A stretch of DNA of 25,061 nt from Promethearchaeota archaeon. Lineage in GTDB: Archaea > Asgardarchaeota > Lokiarchaeia > Sigyniarchaeales > SOKP01. The DNA is taken from the NCBI GenBank assembly GCA_016930515.1, contig JAFGGO010000090.1, positions 1 through 25,061 of the forward strand, written 5' to 3'. The position numbers were made by a program, and so were the translations under genes. The notes below the pieces were generated by a model. That model was not told the origin of the DNA and did not search any database. It saw only the letters and a list, made by a program, of their open reading frames with translations. This document shows, in pieces, positions 17,020 to 25,061 of the stretch. Each line of letters starts with the position of its first letter. The stretch's first letter is position 1.

Positions 17020-18468
17020 ATGAAAATATATCTAATTAACGCTGCACCGACGATAATATCCAAAGATAACAAAAAGGAAACTCTATTTCAAACTTCAGCA
17101 CCCCCTTTGGGATTAATGTATCTTGCATCGGCCCTCAAAAATGCAGGACACGCCGTATTCATCGTGGATCAACCGGCCTTCAATCTCACAAATGAGGAAG
17201 TTATAGAATTTATCAAGAAAAAAGATCCGGATGTTGTTGGATTTTCAACATTATGTGCTTCTTTTGAAAATGTAAAAGAAATATCTAAAGAACTAAAAAA
17301 ATGGAACCCTAATCTATCAATTATAGTTGGCAATTATCTTGCCACTTTTTATGCACATAACATATTGACAAAATACGATTGGGTCGATATTTGTGTGAGG
17401 GGTGAAGGTGAAAAAACCGCTCCTGAAATTTTAAATCGATTAGAATCCAATAAAGACCTTAGCGAAGTCGAAGGAATTAGTTATAGAAGCAATGGAAAAA
17501 TAATAGAAAACAAGGACAGACCATTGATAAAAGATTTAGATTCGATTTCTTTTCCAGATAGAAAACTCCTTCCAGCCTTTTATAAAAATAGGATCGGAGG
17601 TGTTGACATTACTAAACGAAAATTTGCAACAATGGTCTCTTCGAGAGGATGCCCTTATTCATGTAATTTTTGCGCTTGTACGGCCTTTTCGAAAGGATTA
17701 TGGAGGACAAGATCTGTTGATAACATTATAGACGAAATATCCATGTTATCAGATGAGGGCTATCGGGAAATTCTTTTCATAGATGATAATTTTACGCTTA
17801 ATCAAAAAAGAATAAATGAATTTTGCATCAAAATTAGAAAGCAAAATTTAGATATTGTTTTTATAGGAGATGGTAGGGTAAATAATGGGTCTGTTGAATT
17901 ATTTAAAACTCTAAAAAAAGCTAACTTTGAAATCTTAATGTTTGGCATTGAAAGTAGCTCCCAAAGAGTTTTAGATTCTTATAACAAAAAAATAACGCCT
18001 GAAATGAGCAGAACCGCGGTAAACAATGCTAGAAAGGCGGGTTTTAAATTTCTTGTTGGGACTTTTATGATTGGTGCTTATGATGAAACCTACCAAGAAG
18101 CAATAGACACGCTTAAATTCATTTCCTCATTGGACATTGATTTTCCACATATAATTTTCACTCGCGCATTACCTGGTACTCAAATTTTCAACGAACTCAT
18201 AAAAAAGAAAATTATTGATGAAGAACAGTTTTGGGAAACAGGTGTAGACATCATCGATTTACCAGGTTCAAAAATGAACAGAGAAGTTATTTTCAAGATT
18301 ATTAAGGACCAATTTCACTTGAAATTTTTTAGACCGAAATACATAATGAAAGCGTTCACAAGAACATTAATAAGCAAGTATAGACGAGAAATAATATTCA
18401 ATCACTTAAATCTTCGAGATATTAATAAATTTGTAAAGATTATTAACAATCCTCCCGATTTATTTTAA
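17020..18468 (+). CDS. B12-binding radical SAM protein (class B methylase-like)
   Basis: PPLGLMYLA, RGEGE, SSRGCPYSCNFC, DDNFT and FGIES motifs. Confidence 0.88.
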   Translation: MKIYLINAAPTIISKDNKKETLFQTSAPPLGLMYLASALKNAGHAVFIVDQPAFNLTNEEVIEFIKKKDPDVVGFSTLCASFENVKEISKELKKWNPNLSIIVGNYLATFYAHNILTKYDWVDICVRGEGEKTAPEILNRLESNKDLSEVEGISYRSNGKIIENKDRPLIKDLDSISFPDRKLLPAFYKNRIGGVDITKRKFATMVSSRGCPYSCNFCACTAFSKGLWRTRSVDNIIDEISMLSDEGYREILFIDDNFTLNQKRINEFCIKIRKQNLDIVFIGDGRVNNGSVELFKTLKKANFEILMFGIESSSQRVLDSYNKKITPEMSRTAVNNARKAGFKFLVGTFMIGAYDETYQEAIDTLKFISSLDIDFPHIIFTRALPGTQIFNELIKKKIIDEEQFWETGVDIIDLPGSKMNREVIFKIIKDQFHLKFFRPKYIMKAFTRTLISKYRREIIFNHLNLRDINKFVKIINNPPDLF

Positions 18469-18495
18469 GATAATAATGAAAAGAGAAAAATATCC

Positions 18496-20001
18496 ATGAA
18501 AATAGCATTAATTAATCCAAGTCTTGAAACAAACATATATACTCCATGGGTTCCTTTAGGTATTTTATATTTAGGAACCATCTTGAAAGAACACGGTTTT
18601 AATGTAAAACTACTAGATGCCGCTGCCAAATTTTACAACAAATACGATGTATTAGAATGGCTCAAGACAATAAAACCAGATGTGGTTGGAATTAGCGTTT
18701 TTACAATAGCATTTCTTCCATCGATTGATCTGATTAAAATTATTAAAGATTGGAATCCTAGTATTAAGATTATAATCGGTCATTATCATCCTACCATGGA
18801 ATACGAAAACATCCTTAATAAATACGGAGATTATGTTGATTATTGCGTGCGAGGAGAAGGGGAATACACTTTTTTAAAGTTATGCGAATTTCTCGATAAA
18901 CACGATGATATACTACCCACTGAAATTCCAGGATTAGCTTTTCAAGATCCAAAGAAAAATTTGATCGTTACTCCTGATGCTCCTTTAATAAAAAATCTTG
19001 ACGAACTTCCTTTCCCAGATAGGACCTTAATTGATTACAAGTATAAATGGAATTTTTCGGGTTTTGAATTTTCGAATTATAACCTAACTTCAATCGTCTC
19101 ATCTAGAGGGTGTCCATTCAATTGTTCCTATTGCGCCTGTACTAAATTCGCACAACGCAGGTTTAGACCGAGAAGTCCTGAGAACATTATTGAAGAAATG
19201 CAAATAATAGCAGATCAAGGATATACTCAATTGAATTTTGTTGACGATAATTTCACGCTCCAACCCAAACGCACCATTAAAATCTGCCAATTAATGAAAA
19301 AAGAGAAGATTGACATTGATTGGCACACTGATGGTCGAGTTGACCAAACATCTCAAGACATGTTGGTGTGGATGAGAAAAGCCGGGTGTAAATCTATTTG
19401 GTACGGCTTTGAAAGCGCTAATCAAAGAATTCTTGATATATACAATAAAAGAACCAAGGTTTCACAATTTAACGAGGCGATTAAAAAAGCCAGAAAAGCA
19501 AATATCGATTTAATCGTGGGATTGTTCATGTTGGGAGCACCTACCGAAACCATAGACGAAGTTAAAAATACCATTCAGTTTGCCGTAAGATCCGATATCG
19601 ATGTTCCCTTTTTTAATGTTGTTGAAATCTTTTCGGGTACGAAATTTTGGCAGGATTACACCACTCAAGGAATAATACATCCAAATGAAAAAATAAATGT
19701 GCCTGTTGCTGGTAAAATCCGAGAAGCTGAAAGGTGGGAAACAAATTCAAGGGTAATCGATTTTCTATTACCTCAAAAGGAGCGTGACCAGATGCTAAAC
19801 GAAATACAAGGCGCATACAAGCAATTCTTCTCGTTTGATAGGAAAAAAATATTGCTCTTGAAATTAATCCTTCGAGCAATAAAGAGCAAATTCATGCTCA
19901 ACATGGGATATAATATCGCAAAGAATTTTAAGAGCGCCATGGAGGCAATGACGACCTTCAGAAATTCCAAACCAAGAGGATTTGGCGTTTACGACGAATA
20001 A
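18496..20001 (+). CDS. B12-binding radical SAM protein (class B methylase-like)
   Basis: PLGILYL, RGEGE, SSRGCPFNCSYC, DDNFT and YGFES motifs. Confidence 0.88.
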   Translation: MKIALINPSLETNIYTPWVPLGILYLGTILKEHGFNVKLLDAAAKFYNKYDVLEWLKTIKPDVVGISVFTIAFLPSIDLIKIIKDWNPSIKIIIGHYHPTMEYENILNKYGDYVDYCVRGEGEYTFLKLCEFLDKHDDILPTEIPGLAFQDPKKNLIVTPDAPLIKNLDELPFPDRTLIDYKYKWNFSGFEFSNYNLTSIVSSRGCPFNCSYCACTKFAQRRFRPRSPENIIEEMQIIADQGYTQLNFVDDNFTLQPKRTIKICQLMKKEKIDIDWHTDGRVDQTSQDMLVWMRKAGCKSIWYGFESANQRILDIYNKRTKVSQFNEAIKKARKANIDLIVGLFMLGAPTETIDEVKNTIQFAVRSDIDVPFFNVVEIFSGTKFWQDYTTQGIIHPNEKINVPVAGKIREAERWETNSRVIDFLLPQKERDQMLNEIQGAYKQFFSFDRKKILLLKLILRAIKSKFMLNMGYNIAKNFKSAMEAMTTFRNSKPRGFGVYDE

Positions 20002-20022
20002 TAATATATATGGATAATAATC

Positions 20023-21459
20023 ATGAAAATTGCGCTAATTTCTCCCGTTCCAATGGATTTAAAAAAGTTAGATCCTCGACCGATGTTTTCGAGTTTTGCA
20101 GAACCGTTAGGATTATTATATGTTGCCGAAATGCTGATACAAAATGGGCATGAGGTGTCAATATTAGACCACGGAGCTACTAATTTTACTTTTTCACAGG
20201 TTTTGGATTGGATAAAAAAACAAGACCCTGATCTGCTTGGTATTTCAGTACTCATTCGGTCCTTTCTCTCTGGAATTCAAGTTGCAAATTTGGCTAAAGA
20301 TTGGAACCCTAATCTTATCGTCGTTTTGGGAAATTATCAAACTGTATGTGCTGAAAGGATAATGAATAAATATTCTTCCGTGGATTTTTGTATTCAAGGA
20401 GAGGGGGAGTATACATTGCTTGAATTGATAAGTTATCTCGAGACCAATAACCCTAATTACGAGGAAATAAAAGGAATTTATTATAAAAAAAACGGAATTA
20501 TTAAGTTTACAGATTCAAGAGAATTGGAAAAGGATTTAAACAAATTCCCATTACCGAATAGGAAATTATTAAACGGAAATTATAAAATGGCGATTGGTGG
20601 ATTAGAGATCGCAAATAAAAAATCTGGAACGATCATCATGAGCCGTGGATGTCCCTTTCAATGTCGATTTTGTTCAGTAAATCAAAGAGGGTGGAGGCAC
20701 CGCTCTATTGAAAATGTAATGGAAGAGCTTCGAGTATTAGACGCTGAAGGTTATCGAGAAATAATGGTCATGGACGACAATTTTACGTTAAATCCAAAAT
20801 GGGTACAAAAGATTTGTAGGAATATAATCAAAGAAGATCTAAATTTAGTGTTTCATTGCGAAGGGAGGGTGGAAGGTACGGATGAAATGTACAAGCACAT
20901 GAAACAAGCGAATTTTAAATCGATCTTCTTTGGCATGGAAAGCGCGGACCAGCGCATTCTCGATTATTATAACAAAAATATAACTCCTTCTAAATGCAAG
21001 TTAGCGCTAAAAAAAGCGAGAAAGGCAGGTATCGAAGTTCTTATGGCATCTTTTATCATGGGATCGCCCGAGGAAACTTTAAGCGACATCAAAACAACAA
21101 TGGATTTTGCGTTAAAAATCGACATCGATTACGCAATGTTTCACATATTTGAAGTGTTCCCAGGAATTAAAATATGGGACGAATTAGTAGCTCAAAACAA
21201 GTTAGACGAAAACAAATATTGGGAGACGGGCGTGAGGGTTCCCGAACTACCATTCTATAAAATAAAAATAGAAGTACTTACGGAAGTCATGAGGAGAGCC
21301 TATAAAAAGTTTTATTCCCTAGCACGACCGAAATTTCTTTTCAAGGAATTCTTGAGATCCATTAGAAGCTATTACCGAATGGAAAAAATTGGAAACTACG
21401 CAAGAGATTATCGATCAATGCTGAAAATGATCGAATCACTGAGCGAAAAAAGGTTTTAA
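20023..21459 (+). CDS. B12-binding radical SAM protein (class B methylase-like)
   Basis: PLGLLYVA, QGEGE, SRGCPFQCRFC, DDNFT and FGMES motifs. Confidence 0.88.
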   Translation: MKIALISPVPMDLKKLDPRPMFSSFAEPLGLLYVAEMLIQNGHEVSILDHGATNFTFSQVLDWIKKQDPDLLGISVLIRSFLSGIQVANLAKDWNPNLIVVLGNYQTVCAERIMNKYSSVDFCIQGEGEYTLLELISYLETNNPNYEEIKGIYYKKNGIIKFTDSRELEKDLNKFPLPNRKLLNGNYKMAIGGLEIANKKSGTIIMSRGCPFQCRFCSVNQRGWRHRSIENVMEELRVLDAEGYREIMVMDDNFTLNPKWVQKICRNIIKEDLNLVFHCEGRVEGTDEMYKHMKQANFKSIFFGMESADQRILDYYNKNITPSKCKLALKKARKAGIEVLMASFIMGSPEETLSDIKTTMDFALKIDIDYAMFHIFEVFPGIKIWDELVAQNKLDENKYWETGVRVPELPFYKIKIEVLTEVMRRAYKKFYSLARPKFLFKEFLRSIRSYYRMEKIGNYARDYRSMLKMIESLSEKRF

Positions 21460-21977
21460 AAATTTAGGGTTGAAAATAACATTGGATCAAATAGAAATGG
21501 TAAAATAAAAGCTATCAATCCTAAATCAAGCAAGTTATAAATTATAGCTAATATCAAGACGATGCTTCCAATTCTTTCAAAACGATTAGATCTATCTATA
21601 TAGTTTCCTCTAAATTTGGCCATTATATCAAATCATAAACCTACTATATGGAGTATGATAATTATAATAACAACAAATATGTTGATTGAATAATATTGAA
21701 AAATAGTAAGGAATCCATATTGATACGTTCGTGGATTATAGGTCATAGCTATCCCCCTATAATATTTGCAATCATATTTATTACCATTGATATCAACGCA
21801 TAATAAAAACATTATCTCGAATTTATATCAACATCTTTGATTGTTAATAAAATACTGTGATTAACTATTTTAAAATTGGTATCAAGCGTTTCTGTTTGAT
21901 TGAATGAAGTTTCACTTTCGGGACAAATTTTTTGGGACGATTCTATAATTCTTGTTCCACAACTTGGATAATATCAT
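21456..21977 (-). pseudogene. Degraded copy of the adjacent zinc-ribbon membrane protein family
   Basis: Hand translation gives YPSCGTRIIESSQKICPESE (decayed CPxCG..FCxxCG) and IIILHIVGL*FDIMAKFRG...RFERIGSIV. These are homologous to the neighbouring genes and carry several stops and frameshifts. Confidence 0.65.
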
Positions 21978-22130
21978 ATATAATTGATTTTTCTTTTTTT
22001 TAATTTGGTGTTAGAATTTATGAATAGGAATTTTTAAATTTATTTAAAATGTAATTTTAGATATATTTAGAAGAAATATATTTTATTCTAATGAAAGAAA
22101 CAGTGATAATAAATAATATATTGAAGAATA

Positions 22131-22493
22131 TCAAATTCTCAGATAAGGTGGATCAATTACATCAATTAATCTAAAAGGGATCGCAACTAAAGCTAAAACT
22201 ATTCCTATAAAGTTAGCCACGAATCCTATATAGCTTAGAATTTTATTATTTTGACTTTTATATTTATAAATTGATGTTTTCTTGATTCGGTCGAATCCCA
22301 AAATACTAAACATTAATCCAATGCCATGTAAAATTAAAATAATAAGTATTCCAAAAAATTGAAGGTCGCGAGTTGCATAATAATAATAACTACTATCGTT
22401 AATGATATTATTACCAATAAAAAAAGCTCCAATTAAAAATACTCCACCCGCAATAATTAAAGATACAAATCCTTTCCTGAAAGAAGAGTTGAT
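22131..22493 (-). CDS. Three-TM membrane protein of the tandem family, without zinc ribbon; probable ATC start
   Basis: The frame is open for 60 codons upstream of ATG 22313 (INSSFRKGFVSLIIAGG...LHGIGL). GGTGA lies 6 nt before ATC 22493, with in-frame TGA stops just upstream. Confidence 0.6.
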   Translation of the reverse strand: MNSSFRKGFVSLIIAGGVFLIGAFFIGNNIINDSSYYYYATRDLQFFGILIILILHGIGLMFSILGFDRIKKTSIYKYKSQNNKILSYIGFVANFIGIVLALVAIPFRLIDVIDPPYLRI

Positions 22494-22535
22494 ATTTCAT
22501 CACCATGATTAACTTGGAAGTTATTATAGCTATTT

Positions 22536-23081
22536 TCAAGATAAATAATATATTGGAGTGGATAATGAATAATATATCGTTATAGGAAATACGATTATTA
22601 TTAAAGTTAAACCTATAGAATTTGCTATTATTCCAATAATGGAGAAGATACTTCCTAAGGTTTCGATTGTATTTGAAGATGTAGTTTTATTACTTCTAAT
22701 TTTTCCAACTATTCCAAGGATTAATCCAGTTGCATGAGCTGCCAGAAGAATAATTACACAAAAGATTTGAATTGTCAAGTATAGAGAACTGTAATAACTG
22801 TACAAAGAGGTTATTGGGGTTCTCATTATAAAAGTACCCATAATAAGAGCAACCGCTCCGATTATCCCTGAAGCAAGTCCAAAACCAAAAACTTTTCGAG
22901 AATCTGAATCAATTTTTTCTAATTTTTTAGGAACTCTATAGGATGGTTTATAGGCTTGATCGGTGTCTGAAATTGGTCTCTTTTCTTTTATTTTTTTCAA
23001 TCGATCTAACGACATCCCACAATCTTGGCAAAAATTTTGAGAATCGTAAACAATTTTACTACCACAGTTTGGACAGAAAAT
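22536..23081 (-). CDS. Zinc-ribbon + three-TM membrane protein; probable ATT start
   Basis: In-frame extension (I)FCPNCGSKIVYDSQNFCQDCG precedes the called ATG 23015. GGGTGA RBS. Confidence 0.75.
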   Translation of the reverse strand: MFCPNCGSKIVYDSQNFCQDCGMSLDRLKKIKEKRPISDTDQAYKPSYRVPKKLEKIDSDSRKVFGFGLASGIIGAVALIMGTFIMRTPITSLYSYYSSLYLTIQIFCVIILLAAHATGLILGIVGKIRSNKTTSSNTIETLGSIFSIIGIIANSIGLTLIIIVFPITIYYSLSTPIYYLS

Positions 23082-23130
23082 TTCTTATTCACCCGAATGT
23101 TTTTTTGGTTACGAAATAAAAGAAAATATA

Positions 23131-23139
23131 ATATTTAAA
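23131..23139 (-). promoter_or_regulatory. TATA box TTTAAATAT (same motif at 23895-23903 and 25018-25026)
   Basis: Identical 9-mer located 50, 51 and 47 nt upstream of the three zinc-ribbon gene starts. Confidence 0.55.
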
Positions 23140-23328
23140 TCCCATAACAAAGATGGTAATAATCGAAGTTTTTAATTAAAATTATTTGAATTAAGAGAGG
23201 ATTGTTTAATATAGCTTAAATTAATCTATTTGAGTTTATCGCTGAAAAGGATTGAATGGTTGATGGAATAAAAGAATTAGCAAATTAAATTAAATTTTTG
23301 ATTTTATCGTTAGATTGGATAAAAGATC

Positions 23329-23844
23329 TTATAGAATTAATATAAATATGGGGAATATGATAATGGCGAGTATTAAACCTATGGAATTTGCTATTATGCC
23401 TAATAAGGAAAAGATCGCTCCCCAATGCTTGAAAGAATTATCGTGTATTATATTCTTGCTTTTAACTTTTCCAATTATTCCCAAAGCTAATCCCGCGGAG
23501 TGAAGCGCTAAAAGCACGATTAGGGATATTATTTGAGTCGTTATTAAAATCGAACCGATATAACTCTCTAGCATGTCAATAGATGGCATCAATAACAAGG
23601 AACCTTCACTAAATCCTGTTGTAGCTATAATTCCAGAAATAAGACCCAAAACAAAAACTTTCCTTGAATCTTTATCTACCACTTCTTTAACAGGAGCAAT
23701 AATAGGTCTATTATAGGTAGGAACTAAATTTGCCTTTGGTATATTTTGTTTTTTTTTCTTCAATTCTTCTAATGAAATACCACATTCTTGGCAAAAATTT
23801 TGCAATTCATCAACAATTTTATTTCCACAATTTGGGCAAAAAAT
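23329..23844 (-). CDS. Zinc-ribbon + three-TM membrane protein; probable ATT start
   Basis: In-frame extension (I)FCPNCGNKIVDE completes the ribbon with QNFCQECG. Close paralog of 22536-23081 (DSRKVF, GIIANSIGL). Confidence 0.75.
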   Translation of the reverse strand: MFCPNCGNKIVDELQNFCQECGISLEELKKKKQNIPKANLVPTYNRPIIAPVKEVVDKDSRKVFVLGLISGIIATTGFSEGSLLLMPSIDMLESYIGSILITTQIISLIVLLALHSAGLALGIIGKVKSKNIIHDNSFKHWGAIFSLLGIIANSIGLILAIIIFPIFILIL

Positions 23845-23941
23845 GATTTTTCACATTAAATTCGATATTTGGATATTAGAAAAAAAGGGAATAAATATTT
23901 AAATTTTATAATAAATTTAGATTCAGAATTTTACAAACTTT

Positions 23942-24340
23942 TCAAACTAAAAGGTTATAGAAAGGTGATAATAATATGAATATAAGTATTGTTAAAGCAA
24001 TTGAATTCAATATTGTTCCAACGATGGATGTGACTTTTCCTGTTGTTTTGATGGCTATGGGTTTTTTTATTAAATTACTATGACCAATCCCCGAAATACC
24101 TATAATCATTCCCGCAATATTTAAGTTTAATACGATTAACATCATAATTATTATATCGAAAACAAAGGAATAATTTGTACTAACATATCCTATTAAAGAT
24201 GGTCCATATAAAACGGCAAGTCGAGTCCCAAGAATAAACGATATAACTAATAATGTAGATGATGTTATTCCCTTTGATAATCCTTTTACAGAATTCTCGT
24301 CTAGTTTATTATATTGGTATTGCATTTTTTCCATGGTCAT
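23942..24340 (-). CDS. Three-TM membrane protein of the tandem family, without zinc ribbon
   Basis: LNIAGMIIGISG..SN and ILNSIAL family motifs. ATG 24340 after AGGTA is preferred to TTG 24376. Confidence 0.65.
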   Translation of the reverse strand: MTMEKMQYQYNKLDENSVKGLSKGITSSTLLVISFILGTRLAVLYGPSLIGYVSTNYSFVFDIIIMMLIVLNLNIAGMIIGISGIGHSNLIKKPIAIKTTGKVTSIVGTILNSIALTILIFILLSPFYNLLV

Positions 24341-24377
24341 GTTAATTACCTTTAAATTAATTTTACAATTTATCAAT

Positions 24378-24971
24378 TTATACTATTAAGTATAATTCCC
24401 AAGAGAAAGCTAAAGGAAAAATTAAAAGCGCAAAAGTTGCTACAGCTATCCCGATAGAATTTAAAACTTCAGCTAGGTTCGAAAAGACGAGCCCGGTAAT
24501 TTTCGCTGAATCTGAAGTTTTAGCTTTGTTGCTTTGACCTTTCCCAGTTATTGCGAGTATGATTCCAGCCACATGGATATTAATAGTTATTATTAAAACG
24601 GTCATGTTTTCAATCGGAGAAAAATAATAACGATAAGGGTAATGAAATTGTAAGATTGGAGTCACAAGTATAAACGCTAAAATGGCGAAAAAAAACGATG
24701 TAACACCAAAAGTGAAAGTTTTTATCGTATATTTATCAAATTCGAATTTCTTCGTTTGTTTAGTAATCACTAACGGTTCTATTGGTTTTGATGGTGGTTC
24801 TGGTTTCTTGTAAGTGGGAATCTTTTCTGTTTTTTGAAGAACAACTTGGCCACTACTTGAAATTATAGTATTATCAACACTTGAATTTTTTTTTTCTAAA
24901 GATGCACCACATTTATGACAAAATTTTTGAGAAGGACTTTTTAATTCAGCATTGCATTTTGGACAATAAAT
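24378..24971 (-). CDS. Zinc-ribbon + three-TM membrane protein; probable ATT start
   Basis: 67-codon in-frame extension (I)YCPKCNAELKSPSQKFCHKCG...PEPPSKP before GTG 24770. IHVAGIILA and LNSIG motifs. Confidence 0.75.
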   Translation of the reverse strand: MYCPKCNAELKSPSQKFCHKCGASLEKKNSSVDNTIISSSGQVVLQKTEKIPTYKKPEPPSKPIEPLVITKQTKKFEFDKYTIKTFTFGVTSFFFAILAFILVTPILQFHYPYRYYFSPIENMTVLIITINIHVAGIILAITGKGQSNKAKTSDSAKITGLVFSNLAEVLNSIGIAVATFALLIFPLAFSWELYLIV

Positions 24972-25061
24972 GGTATTTCACTTCTTTTTTTTGGTCATAT
25001 TTTATGATGATTATTTCATATTTAAAACTTTAGGAACGAGTCATAAAATAAATATAAATTA

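Noticed and set aside
398-23503. Short antisense or alternate-frame ORFs in the track (e.g. 5805-6104, 12731-13090, 13087-13341, 19613-19879, 23315-23503)
   Set aside because: They are shadows of longer motif-bearing genes and have no motifs of their own.
1-25061. CRISPR arrays, tRNA/rRNA genes, IS elements
   Set aside because: No regularly spaced repeats, GC-rich structured segments or transposase/integrase motifs were seen.

Overview
AT-rich, probably archaeal window. (A/G)GGTGA ribosome-binding sites, TATA-like boxes, expanded B12-radical SAM genes and zinc-ribbon membrane proteins suggest an Asgard/Lokiarchaeia-like anaerobe (inference). The main feature is a co-oriented + strand block (1983-21459) that looks like an anaerobic biosynthetic cluster. 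It encodes 7 radical SAM enzymes (5 with B12-binding domains, 2 with SPASM domains), 3 U32-family Fe-S proteins (one fused to an SCP2 domain), a soluble ABBA aromatic prenyltransferase of the NphB/CloQ type, a CDP-alcohol phosphotransferase and a GT2. Five core proteins from three unrelated enzyme families share an ungapped ~75-aa DUF2621/PCP_red-like helical module, a candidate docking tag. The best hypothesis is O2-independent synthesis of a prenylated, hydroxylated and methylated aromatic (quinone-like) or lipid product, analogous to UbiT/U/V but built differently. Features missed by the ORF track: five genes that appear to start at ATT/ATC codons, a decayed cdhC-like pseudogene (1420-1896, -), and a six-member tandem family of (zinc-ribbon) membrane proteins that includes one pseudogene (21456-24971, -). 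No RNA genes, CRISPR arrays or mobile elements were recognised. All family assignments come from reading motifs, not from database searches.
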